From contig CAWAUN010000010.1 in the NCBI GenBank assembly GCA_963785265.1, positions 25,524 through 89,523 of the forward strand: 64,000 bases of DNA, read 5' to 3'. Shown piece after piece: positions 17,661-26,777 of the stretch (position 1 is the first letter of the stretch; every line of letters begins with the position of its first letter). The position numbers and the translations under genes are program-made. The DNA is from an uncultured Acidobacteriaceae bacterium (GTDB taxonomy: Bacteria; Acidobacteriota; Terriglobia; Terriglobales; Acidobacteriaceae). A model generated the notes under the pieces. The model saw only the letters and a program-made list of their open reading frames with translations, was not told the origin of the DNA and ran no database searches.

Positions 17661-20600
17661 ATGACAGAGGACCACACTCGAATGAAGACTTCAGTCAGGA
17701 TCGAAAAATGGGTGTCGAGAAGCCGGTGGCGTCTCTATCTGCTGTTTTTGTTCTTGATGGGCGTGCCCATCGCGTTTTTCGCCTATTCCGTGGGGCATGT
17801 GCTCAGCCGCCGCGTCGAAACGCAGGCGGTTACGGAAAGCACGCAGATTGCGCGTGTGTCGTCGGCTCTAGTGGAGGACCACTTTCGCCAAAACACGGCG
17901 TTTCTAGAATCGATTGCCACGCGCCTCACATTCCGACAGGGCTGGAAGGACGGCAATCTGAATTTAGTCGGATGGCACCTAGAGCAAGCGAGCCGCATTC
18001 GTCCCGACTTCGTATATATTGCTGCTTTCAGCGTGGATGGTACAAGGCGCGCGATCTATCCCCCGAGTGCAGCCCGGCTCAATCATAATTTCGCCGAGCG
18101 CGACTGGTACAAAGGAGTAACGCGGGAGTGGAAGCCTTACGTCTCCGAAGCATACCAGACCGTCTTTTCACCCCGTGAGATGGTCGTGTCGATGGCGGTT
18201 CCCTTGAAAGACGACCAGGGCAACCCCGTCGGTATTTTGATCGGCGCATGTAGCGTGGAAACAATTAGCCGCCAGTTGGTGGAAACTAAGCTCGAGGACG
18301 GATGGACGATCTCACTGATCGACCAGCACGGTCATTTGGCCGCCTACACGAACATCGATTCTCATTCCCAACCGGTCGCCCTGAGCGCATATGAGCCCGT
18401 TCAGCGAATGCGAACCAGCCAGAGTGGTAACGGCACATTTGTGCGTGACGGCAAGAGCTTCTTTACGCGCTACGAACCAATTCCCCAATACGGTTGGGGA
18501 ATTCTCGTGGAACAGCAAGAGGCCAGCTTGCAACAAAGCATCTGGGCTGTGGAAGAGCGCGTCTGGCTTCTCGGTTTGCTGTTCCTTATGTTCGGCATGG
18601 GGCTGAGCGCGTTCATGGCCTCGCTCTACTCCCAACTGGAGACCGGGAATCAGTTCATGAATCTGTCGATCGATATGTTTTGTATCGCAGGGTTCGACGG
18701 TCATTTCAAGAGCTTGAATCCCAGTTGGCAGAACGTGTTGGGCTTTACCAGGGAAGAACTGATGGCGAAGCCTTATCTGGAGTTCATTCATCCGGATGAT
18801 CGAGCGGCCACGACAAACGAGGACATTCGGCTGCAGAACCGGGAAGTTACATTTGCATTCGAGAACCGCTACTTGTGCAAGGACGGGTCCTACAAATGGA
18901 TGCTGTGGAACGCCGTTTCTGTGCCCGACGAGGAACTGATTTATGCGGTGGCGCGTGACATCACGGAGCGTAGAAACGCCGAAGATGCTCTCAAGAGAAT
19001 CCGGGAGGATTTGCAGGCCTTCATCGAAGCAGCTCCTGATTCCGTGATCACGGTCGATAGCCACGGAACCATTGTCCAAATCAACGGCCAGACCGAAAAA
19101 CTCTTTGGTTATCAACGAGCCGAGTTGGTGGGGCAACAAATCGAACGACTGATGCCCAGCAGCATTCGTGACAAGCATGTCAGGAATCGAGCTGACTACT
19201 TTTCGGAGCCGCGCTTTCGTGCCATGGGAACAGGCTTGGAGCTTTCGGCGCTGCGCAAGGATGGCAGCGAGTTCCCGGTGGAAGTCAGTTTAAGCCCCAT
19301 TCATACCAGCAAGGGCCTGCGCGTAATCAGTTCCATCCGTGACGTCTCGGAGCGTAAGAAGATTCAGCGGCAAATCGAGCAACAGAACCGCGAGCTTGAG
19401 CTGCGCAACCGTGAAGTCGAACGCGCCACCCAGCTCAAGAGTCAGTTCCTCGCCAATATGAGCCACGAGTTGCGGACTCCACTGAATGCGATTGTCGGCT
19501 TCTCCGACCTCCTGGCCGAACAGAACGCAGGGCAGCTCAACGACAAGCAGAAGCGCTTCGTCGATCATATTAAGAAAGGCTCGGCCCACCTTTTGCAGCT
19601 GATCAACGACATTCTCGATCTCTCGAAAATCGAAGCCGGACAACTCGACATTCACTACGAAGAATTCCAGATCAAGGATGCCTTGCCCGAAGTGCTTTCC
19701 ACCATCCGTCCGCTGGCGATGGCGAAAAATATTCAGGTCGAGCCTAAAGTGGAGACCGAGCGGCCCGTCTATGCCGATCGAGTTCGTTTTAAGCAAATCC
19801 TCTACAACCTGCTCAGCAATGCGGTCAAGTTCACGCCCCGGGACGGCCGCATCGACATCGATTGCTTTGACCAGGAGAACTTCGTTGGCATATCCGTGAC
19901 CGATACCGGAATCGGCATCCGGAGCGAAGATCAAGCCATCATCTTCGAGGAATTCCGGCAGGTGGGAGGCAACACCGCTGCCGCCAGTGAAGGCACCGGA
20001 TTGGGGCTCGCGATCACCAAGCGCCTCGTCGAGCAACAGCACGGTCAAATTTCGGTGGAGAGCGAACCCGGACAAGGCAGCAAATTTACTTTTACTCTCC
20101 CCGCGGCTTCTCGAACCTCCGAGATTCAATCTGCCGTGGAGCCAACCAACACGAATATCGCCACCGTTGCGGGCCGCGCCCGGCCCCTCGTGATGGTCGT
20201 CGATGACGAAGTGCCCGCCCGCGAACTCCTGGCCAGCTACCTGGAGCCGGAATATCAGGTTGCTACAGTCGGCTCCGGATCCGAGGCTCTTTGGAAGGCT
20301 CGCGAGCTGTGGCCAGACGCCATCACCCTCGATGTTTTGATGCCCGGCGGTAGCGGCTTCGAGACGCTGATCGCACTGCGAAAGGCTCCGGAGACAGCCC
20401 ACATCCCGATCATTATTGTGTCGATTGTCGACCAGAAACGCGTCGGTTTTGCCTTGGGTGCCGCGGACTACCTCATCAAACCCATTCGCAAACCGGCTCT
20501 TCTCGAAACCATTCGCAAGCACGTTCTGCCACAACCAGATGATGATGCGGCGATTCTGCTCGTCGACGACGATCCTGAAGCTCTCGAACTGATGCAGGAG

Positions 20601-20942
20601 ACTCTGAGGTCCGCCGGGTATGAGACTCAGAGCGTGCAATCCGGCGCCAGGGCCCTGGAAGTGCTTTCCTCGAAGATGGTGGGTGCCGTCTTGCTAGATC
20701 TCCTCATGCCCGGGATGGACGGCTTCCAGGTGATACGCCATGTGCGGCAAGAACCGGCCTTGAAGGAATTACCTATTCTGGTCATGACGGCCAAGAGCCT
20801 CACGCCCGATGAGGTTGCTCTTATCAGCCGGGATACTCAAGCTCTGTTTCAAAAGAATGGTTCCTGGAAGAAGCAACTCGTGGTTGAAGTGGAGAGGGTG
20901 CTGCAACATCGTACGCTGGCAAAGTCCGCAGCGCAGTCATGA
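17661..20942 (+). CDS. Hybrid sensor histidine kinase (Cache-like periplasmic domain, TM, 2x PAS, HisKA, HATPase_c, 2x REC)
   Basis: H-box SHELRTPLNAI; N/G boxes NLLSNAVKFT, DTGIGI, GTGLGLAI; two receiver domains (VMVVDDE..TLDVLMPGGSG and ILLVDDD..LLDLLMPGMDG). Confidence 0.9.
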   Translation: MTEDHTRMKTSVRIEKWVSRSRWRLYLLFLFLMGVPIAFFAYSVGHVLSRRVETQAVTESTQIARVSSALVEDHFRQNTAFLESIATRLTFRQGWKDGNLNLVGWHLEQASRIRPDFVYIAAFSVDGTRRAIYPPSAARLNHNFAERDWYKGVTREWKPYVSEAYQTVFSPREMVVSMAVPLKDDQGNPVGILIGACSVETISRQLVETKLEDGWTISLIDQHGHLAAYTNIDSHSQPVALSAYEPVQRMRTSQSGNGTFVRDGKSFFTRYEPIPQYGWGILVEQQEASLQQSIWAVEERVWLLGLLFLMFGMGLSAFMASLYSQLETGNQFMNLSIDMFCIAGFDGHFKSLNPSWQNVLGFTREELMAKPYLEFIHPDDRAATTNEDIRLQNREVTFAFENRYLCKDGSYKWMLWNAVSVPDEELIYAVARDITERRNAEDALKRIREDLQAFIEAAPDSVITVDSHGTIVQINGQTEKLFGYQRAELVGQQIERLMPSSIRDKHVRNRADYFSEPRFRAMGTGLELSALRKDGSEFPVEVSLSPIHTSKGLRVISSIRDVSERKKIQRQIEQQNRELELRNREVERATQLKSQFLANMSHELRTPLNAIVGFSDLLAEQNAGQLNDKQKRFVDHIKKGSAHLLQLINDILDLSKIEAGQLDIHYEEFQIKDALPEVLSTIRPLAMAKNIQVEPKVETERPVYADRVRFKQILYNLLSNAVKFTPRDGRIDIDCFDQENFVGISVTDTGIGIRSEDQAIIFEEFRQVGGNTAAASEGTGLGLAITKRLVEQQHGQISVESEPGQGSKFTFTLPAASRTSEIQSAVEPTNTNIATVAGRARPLVMVVDDEVPARELLASYLEPEYQVATVGSGSEALWKARELWPDAITLDVLMPGGSGFETLIALRKAPETAHIPIIIVSIVDQKRVGFALGAADYLIKPIRKPALLETIRKHVLPQPDDDAAILLVDDDPEALELMQETLRSAGYETQSVQSGARALEVLSSKMVGAVLLDLLMPGMDGFQVIRHVRQEPALKELPILVMTAKSLTPDEVALISRDTQALFQKNGSWKKQLVVEVERVLQHRTLAKSAAQS

Positions 20943-21385
20943 CCAGAGTCCTCATTGCCGAAGACAGCGCCGTGAACCGCGAACTGCTCCGCGAGTTGCT
21001 CGAGGCTCGCGGATATACCGTGCTCGAAGCATGCAATGGCCAGGAGGCGCTCCTCATGGCTGAGCAGACGGATCTGGACATTCTGCTGCTCGACATCGGC
21101 ATGCCGGTACTCGATGGTTTTGCGGTGGCGCGCAAGATCCGGGAGACTCCTCGCTTGGCCACCCTGCCCGTGCTGGCCATTACCGCGTATGCGATGCACG
21201 GCGACCGGGAAAAAATCTTGCATGCGGGATTCGATGGATACTTGTCGAAACCGATCAACGCCCGCGCTCTCGTAGAGGAAATGGAACGTCTTCTCAGAAA
21301 ACGAGACGGGCAAGCTTCCTTTTCCGATCAATCCCGCGACAGGGATGCAACCTGCAAAAAATCCGCAGCCGGCGCCAGCGAATAA
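20939..21385 (+). CDS. Single-domain response regulator (CheY-like)
   Basis: ATG overlaps the kinase stop as ATGA (20939-20942). VLIAEDSAVNRE..LLLDIGMPVLDG..ITAYAM..GFDGYLSKP. Confidence 0.88.
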   Translation: MTRVLIAEDSAVNRELLRELLEARGYTVLEACNGQEALLMAEQTDLDILLLDIGMPVLDGFAVARKIRETPRLATLPVLAITAYAMHGDREKILHAGFDGYLSKPINARALVEEMERLLRKRDGQASFSDQSRDRDATCKKSAAGASE

Positions 21386-21419
21386 TGCGCGGCGTGTCCT
21401 CCGGTTTTAAGGGGGCCGT

Positions 21420-22097
21420 CTATTCTTCGATGCCGGCGATAAGTCCCCGGATCAACTGCTCATCTTGTGAACTGACGTTTGTGAACTGGATTCCCTGGCG
21501 GTTCTCTTTTGCCCACACCACTTTGCCCTCCGCCTCCAACGACTTACCGGACGCCGGCAGTTGGAACGATACGCGCACTGTGTCCTGGGGCCGCAAGCCG
21601 TCAACTTCTACCTGCATCCCCCCTTGGCTGAGATTCCAGGTGAGCCCACGCATGGTTCGAGAACCCGCCCTGCACGTCACTTCGGTTTGGATTGGCACGC
21701 GCGTGTGTCGCCGCCGATTTTCCAACATCCCGCCACGCACGCTCCGGAACAAGATGCTCAGTTTTTGCCTGTCTACCGGTTTTTGCAGGAAAAATGTGGC
21801 TCCGATGGTGAATGCCCGTTGCATCGTGTCTCTCTCATCCCGCCCAGTCACGATCACAATCGGCGTCGATTTGTTCCAGGAGGACTTGCGAATCAGGCGT
21901 GCCAGATCGAAACCATGCAGGTTGGGCATCTCCAGGTCCAGGAAAATACCATCGAACTTTTCCTGATTCACCAGCGCAGCTGCTTTCCGGCTATCGCTGA
22001 CTGGGTGCGCCTCCGCCTCCAGAGAAGTGAAAACCTCGGTCATCAGTTCCAAGGTCGCGAGGTCATCTTCCACCACAAGAAGCTTCAATGACGCCAT
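21420..22097 (-). CDS. Response regulator receiver fused to a PilZ domain
   Basis: ATG 22097 (MASLKLLVVEDD..FLDLEMPNLHG). C-terminal RRRHTR ... NLSQGG PilZ motifs. Confidence 0.85.
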   Translation of the reverse strand: MASLKLLVVEDDLATLELMTEVFTSLEAEAHPVSDSRKAAALVNQEKFDGIFLDLEMPNLHGFDLARLIRKSSWNKSTPIVIVTGRDERDTMQRAFTIGATFFLQKPVDRQKLSILFRSVRGGMLENRRRHTRVPIQTEVTCRAGSRTMRGLTWNLSQGGMQVEVDGLRPQDTVRVSFQLPASGKSLEAEGKVVWAKENRQGIQFTNVSSQDEQLIRGLIAGIEE

Positions 22098-22353
22098 GCG
22101 TCTACCCCTCTTCCAACTCTGACGACCCGGCGACGCTGTCCCGCCCATCCGTGATGCGTCGATGCATGTAAGTCAACCGTTCCCACGCCGGTCTTGAATC
22201 GCGAATCGTTGTGGATGTGGATAACACCATTTTAACCGTCCACCGTTGATCGCGCCCGCAAGCGTTTTCGGCCTCACATCATTAATTGTTAGGGGGAGTT
22301 ATTAGGGCGACAAAGCCACCCCGAGCTATCCCATATCCGGGTTCCGCTGCCAC

Positions 22354-22370
22354 TGTCCGGATTTCGGATT
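22354..22370. promoter_or_regulatory. Imperfect inverted repeat TGTCCG-N5-CGGAT (possible activator site)
   Basis: tgtccggatttcggatt, about 100 nt upstream of the sigma54 element at 22468. Matches the perfect repeat at 14389-14405 at 12 of 17 positions. Confidence 0.3.
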
Positions 22371-22467
22371 TGTTTCCGGTAATCGCTCAGCAACGGGGCG
22401 TCGGCTCTCCTCGCCGTTTCTGAGATAAGCACTTATTTTTGATAGAGATATACCAGGGTTGCGCGTG

Positions 22468-22482
22468 TGGCACGCCGCTTGC
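22468..22482 (+). promoter_or_regulatory. Consensus sigma54 promoter TGGCAC-N5-TTGC
   Basis: tggcacgccgcttgc is an exact match to the -24 TGGCAC / -12 TTGC core with GG-N10-GC spacing. It lies about 105 nt upstream of the next + strand start codon, and an NtrC-type activator is encoded 6 kb away. Confidence 0.6.
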
Positions 22483-22590
22483 CACTTTACTTCCCGTGCG
22501 GTGGTTGCAGAACAAGTTCTCCCGCATAACGATTTCGCGATCTCGGGGTCATAACGGATGAAAGATTCTAAAGTTTCTGGAGGAATGAAA

Positions 22591-22992
22591 ATGAAAACGC
22601 TGTTTGGATGCTTACTGCTACTCACGACTTTCGCCCATGCCATCGAGCCGGTTCAGTTCTGGACTGGCGTGCCCCGGTTCACCGAAACGCGTACTCTCCA
22701 TGTCGACGGAGTCTCAGTGAAAGTCGCCCTCATCGAAGTGAGCGATTACCAGATGGGATGCGAGATGAACTGTTCCAGCGGTACCGTGCTTTACTTCTGG
22801 TTGCAAAGCGGGCCGGCTCAGGAAAACTGCTCGCGCTGGTACTCGATTGTGTTGACATCGGAAGCCGATCACAAAGATTCCGAGCCTTACCCCTATCTGG
22901 AGCTGGTCACAAGCGGCGCGCCGGTTACGACCGACGAAGGAATCTCGTATTTCACCGTAGGCGAAGTGACTTGCCATGAGGCAGTGAACTAG
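22591..22992 (+). CDS. Small secreted Cys-containing hypothetical protein
   Basis: GGAGG at 22579-22583 lies 7 nt before ATG 22591. Signal peptide MKTLFGCLLLLTTFAHA; five Cys in the mature part. The ORF maximum starts at 22558. Confidence 0.6.
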   Translation: MKTLFGCLLLLTTFAHAIEPVQFWTGVPRFTETRTLHVDGVSVKVALIEVSDYQMGCEMNCSSGTVLYFWLQSGPAQENCSRWYSIVLTSEADHKDSEPYPYLELVTSGAPVTTDEGISYFTVGEVTCHEAVN

Positions 22993-23246
22993 AAAGGCCG
23001 CGACACTCCCCCAGTTCGGCGACTCTCAGATCACGATCCCCTCCAAGAAATTGTGAAACTCAAGAATGGAGCTTCGCAATCATACTTGACTGCGACCGAG
23101 GAAGATGTGCTCCGTCAGAAACCCGTGCGGAAGTGATGAAGAGCAATCCTAAACAAGAATTATCAAGTCCACTCGCGACGCGTCCACTCGCTCACATTTC
23201 ACGCCCCTGGGCCCGCGCTTCGAGTGTGCAGAATCGAGCATCTGTC

Positions 23247-23459
23247 TCATTTCGAACCGTCCACGCCGAAGGTATATACCTTTTCTTCCGTAAGCAGTCC
23301 ATATTCACCCGCGACAAGCGGCTGCGAGGAGACGAGCTTGTATGATTCATCGCCGTACTTGGATATCGTTACCTCGATAGGCCGCATTGGAATGAAATGT
23401 TTCCCTTTATATTCCCCCAACTTGTATTCACGTTTGTTCTTGTGGGCCGTGCAGGGCAT
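23247..23459 (-). CDS. Orphan 70-aa ORF (hypothetical; could be the C-terminal remnant of a larger gene)
   Basis: Protein-like beta-rich sequence (..HFIPMRPIEVTISKYGDESYKLVSSQPLVAGEYGLLTEEKVYTFGVDG). The region looks AT-richer than its surroundings by eye. The longer ORF to 23576 would abut the kinase start. Confidence 0.35.
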   Translation of the reverse strand: MPCTAHKNKREYKLGEYKGKHFIPMRPIEVTISKYGDESYKLVSSQPLVAGEYGLLTEEKVYTFGVDGSK

Positions 23460-23582
23460 GAGCTTGTAACGGGCCAACCTTACTTTACCGATTAGGGACG
23501 GTTTGCCGACTATCCACCAACGGCCCTCAGAGTGGAGCGAAACGCCTGCCCTCCCTTGCACTATAATGACGCGCACACATTT

Positions 23583-26222
23583 ATGTCGCTGACCTCTGGT
23601 GCCAAACTCGGCCCTTACGAAATCCTCTCACTGCTGGGCGCGGGCGGCATGGGCGAAGTTTATCGCGCTCGTGACACGCGCTTGGACCGGATCGTGGCCG
23701 TAAAGATCTTGCCCGCGCATCTTTCCTCGGATAACGAATTCAAGCAACGATTCGAGCGTGAGGCGCGCACCGTTTCTTCGCTGAATCATCCACATATCTG
23801 CCAGCTTTTTGACGTGGGACGGGACGGCAGCACCGACTACCTAGTGATGGAGTTCCTCGACGGCGAAACCCTGGCTGAACGTGTGCGGCGCGGCGCATTG
23901 GCATTGAGCGAATTGTTGAAGATCGGGATCGATGTGGCCGACGCTTTGGCTGTGGCGCATCGGGCCGGAATTGTGCACCGCGATCTGAAGCCCGGCAACA
24001 TCATGCTGACGAAATCCGGTGCGAAGCTAATGGATTTTGGTCTGGCAAAACCGGCGCTGGCCGGTGCGCCGGGGTCGGCATCCGCGCCGCTGCTCTCGGC
24101 GGCGCGAACGATGAGCGGGCCGAGTCCGGCGAGTCCGCTGACTACGGCTGGAAGCATTGTCGGCACGATTCAGTACATGTCTCCGGAGCAGATTGAAGGG
24201 CGCGAAGCCGACGCGGCATCGGACATTTTTGCTTTCGGCGCTGTGCTGTACGAGATGGCAACGGGACGGCGCGCGTTTGAGGGAAAGAGCCAGATCACGG
24301 TCGCGTCCGCGATTCTGGAGAAAAATCCGGAGCCGATCAGCACGGTCAAGCCGTTGGCGCCGGTCGCTCTGGATCAACTGGTAGCAACTTGTCTGGCAAA
24401 AGAGCGCGACGAAAGATTTCAGTCCGCGCACGATCTCGCGCTGCAGTTGAAGGGGATCACCCACGCTCCTCAAGTTCCAACCTCTGCAACGCAGGAAGCG
24501 CGGCATACGAAGCGCTCCCGGCTGATGCTGGCAGTTGCGGCTGCTGTGCTCATCGCCGCGGCGCTTTTCTTTTACTTCTCGCAGCGTGGCAGCACTCCCA
24601 TGCTTTCGGTGCGCGCTTACATTCCTCCGCCCGCGGGCACGGCATTTCGTCCGACTGGCTTTGACGCCGGGCCAGTGGCAGTTTCTCCCGACGGCAAGAC
24701 GCTGGCTTTCTCGGCGGTCGACGAGAAAGGGATCACGAATCTCTGGGTGCGCGGGCTCAATGCGCCGCAAGCGACCATATTGCAAGGCACGGAAGACGCC
24801 AGCTACCCGTTCTGGTCGCCCGACAACAAATATCTGGGGTTCGTTGCCGATCGCAAGTTAAAGAAGATCGCCGTCACGGGCGGGGAAGCGCAAACCCTGG
24901 CGGACCACGCTTACGGCCGCGCCGATTGGGGCGCTGATGGAACGATTCTATTTGTGGGTGAGCACGGAATTGCCATTAAACAGGTCAGCGCCGCGGGAGG
25001 AGACAGCTCGATCGCGATGGTCCACGACAGCGATGAGTATGGGGTGAACTCGGCATGGTTCCTGCCTGACGGAAAACACTTCCTCTACACCGGTCACCGT
25101 GCCAATGCCCCCAGCCGGATCAAGGTTGGCACATTGGGCAAGCCCGAAAGCAGCGTGGTAGTAACAGAGGGGGCCGCGCCCAAATTTTCTTCGGGTCATC
25201 TGTTGTTCGTTCGCGGGGGAAAGATTCTGGCACAGCCTTTCGATCCGGACACATTCAAACTTTCCGGCGATCCGGAGGTGTTGGGCGAAGCCCTCTTGTT
25301 TTCTGTCTCTCCCAGCGGAGTACTGGCCTACCACGAAAGCTCGGCAAATTCAAAGCTGAAGATATTTGATCGCAGCGGAAATGTTGTCGCCACTCCCGGT
25401 CCGCTTGCCGCTTACGGCTCGCCGCGGTTCTCTCCCGATGGCAAATCGATCTCTGTGGAGGTACGCGACCCAAAGACGGGAAAAGACGATGTCTGGATCT
25501 ATCCGGTTTCGGGCGGACAGCCGACGCGAATCACCTTCGGTCCGGACGACTATCGGGCGACATGGTCTCCTGACGGCCGGCAGATCGCCTATGCCGTTCA
25601 CGATGGCAACAAGTTCTCGATTCACAAGCGCCCGCTGGATGGGAGCAATCCCGATGAGACCGTGTATGAAGATGACAAATTCATGTGGGCAACCGTGCAG
25701 GACTGGTCGCCGGACGGAAAGTATCTTTCGCTGGATCTGAACAAAGACCTGGTCTATAAAGATTGGATCCTCCCGCTGGCTGGAAAGCGCGAGCCATTCC
25801 TCTCCACTGCTACAACCGCGACGGATGTCAGCCAATACGACGGACATTTTTCTCCCGACGGTCGCTGGTTGTCATATTTCTCTTACGAGTCGGGTCGTCC
25901 GGAAGTCTACGTCGTGCCGTTTCAGGGGAATGGCGTGAAGTATCAGGCATCTACGACTGGAGGCTGGGTTTCACGCTTCGCAGGTAACGAATTCTTTTTC
26001 GTGACGATGGGCAACCGGTTGATGGCGGCACGAGTTGTGACGCAGCCGAATTTTCACTTGGAGGACTTACACCCGCTGTTTCAGTTAGACTTGCCCAATT
26101 TCACCGACCCGATCTTCGATGTGACACGTGATGGCCAGCGATTCGTCGTGCTCACCGCAGATCGCGCGAAGACTTCGTCAATCACCCTACTTACGAACTG
26201 GACGGCGGCGTTCAACAAATAG
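23583..26222 (+). CDS. Ser/Thr protein kinase fused through a TM segment to a TolB-like (PD40/WD40-like) beta-propeller
   Basis: GAGGMGEVYRA, HRDLKPGNIM, DFGLAK, GTIQYMSPEQ; TM segment LMLAVAAAVLIAAALFFYF; repeated ..SPDGK.LA(F/Y).. propeller motifs. ATG 23583 preferred (MSLTSGAKLGPYEI). Confidence 0.9.
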   Translation: MSLTSGAKLGPYEILSLLGAGGMGEVYRARDTRLDRIVAVKILPAHLSSDNEFKQRFEREARTVSSLNHPHICQLFDVGRDGSTDYLVMEFLDGETLAERVRRGALALSELLKIGIDVADALAVAHRAGIVHRDLKPGNIMLTKSGAKLMDFGLAKPALAGAPGSASAPLLSAARTMSGPSPASPLTTAGSIVGTIQYMSPEQIEGREADAASDIFAFGAVLYEMATGRRAFEGKSQITVASAILEKNPEPISTVKPLAPVALDQLVATCLAKERDERFQSAHDLALQLKGITHAPQVPTSATQEARHTKRSRLMLAVAAAVLIAAALFFYFSQRGSTPMLSVRAYIPPPAGTAFRPTGFDAGPVAVSPDGKTLAFSAVDEKGITNLWVRGLNAPQATILQGTEDASYPFWSPDNKYLGFVADRKLKKIAVTGGEAQTLADHAYGRADWGADGTILFVGEHGIAIKQVSAAGGDSSIAMVHDSDEYGVNSAWFLPDGKHFLYTGHRANAPSRIKVGTLGKPESSVVVTEGAAPKFSSGHLLFVRGGKILAQPFDPDTFKLSGDPEVLGEALLFSVSPSGVLAYHESSANSKLKIFDRSGNVVATPGPLAAYGSPRFSPDGKSISVEVRDPKTGKDDVWIYPVSGGQPTRITFGPDDYRATWSPDGRQIAYAVHDGNKFSIHKRPLDGSNPDETVYEDDKFMWATVQDWSPDGKYLSLDLNKDLVYKDWILPLAGKREPFLSTATTATDVSQYDGHFSPDGRWLSYFSYESGRPEVYVVPFQGNGVKYQASTTGGWVSRFAGNEFFFVTMGNRLMAARVVTQPNFHLEDLHPLFQLDLPNFTDPIFDVTRDGQRFVVLTADRAKTSSITLLTNWTAAFNK

Positions 26223-26690
26223 AATTGAATATCATTTGATCCAGGATCGGGTCCTCTCTAAAAGAGGCCGCCATTTCCCGAGTGACGGGCAACTCTTCCC
26301 TAATCTTGTAAAGGAAGGGTTGCCGACCATCCGGAATCAGGTTGACTTGAGACGCGGGATTGCTGGTCCTATCAGGCACTGGAAAATTCGACGGCAACCT
26401 CGCCACAGCGGGTTACTCGTAGAAGCGTAGGTCCACCAATTTTCAATCACTTACAAAGCCTATCCAACGAGTTTGTCCCACTGTTGTCCCAATCAGGTTT
26501 GCCGGGAGAGTTGTCTCAACAGTTTTTCCGGCTTGCAAGCCCATGGTCGCGGACGCGCGCTTGTGCGCCCGCGCCATGGGAAGCATTCATATGAGGCGGT
26601 TACACGGCGGCGCTAGCGGCCAAGAACTCGTGCGACGAGGGAGTGGGGTTTCATAGCCACCGGTTTTCTTTCGCTGCGGGCGGCTGAATC

Positions 26691-26732
26691 GGCAAAAATG
26701 CAACAATCTTAAGAGACTGTTGCATTTTCGCC
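26691..26732 (-). terminator. Hairpin about 45 nt downstream of the NDH-2 gene, between convergent genes
   Basis: ggcaaaaatgcaaca-atcttaagagac-tgttgcattttcgcc: 15-nt arms with one mismatch and A/T runs on both sides. Confidence 0.5.
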
Positions 26733-26777
26733 AAAGGTGAGCATGGCGTTCGCTTCTTGGCTAGCATGTATGGCGCC

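Noticed and set aside
19290-20639. 449-aa minus-strand ORF antisense to the hybrid kinase. Similar long antisense or alternative-frame ORFs occur at 16706-17521, 18312-19178, 40767-41624, 42686-43498, 45454-46194, 48543-49442, 51266-52099, 59742-60374 and 61782-63266.
   Set aside because: Each lies entirely inside a gene with strong domain evidence on the other strand or frame. Their translations are Arg/Gly/His-rich low-complexity sequence, typical of shadow ORFs in GC-rich DNA.
22326-22643. 105-aa minus-strand ORF in the spacer before the small secreted protein gene. One stretch (TAREVKWQAA..GISLSKISAYL) vaguely recalled an IS3-type transposase HTH.
   Set aside because: The similarity is too weak to defend. 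The ORF overlaps both the consensus sigma54 promoter and the start of the + strand gene.
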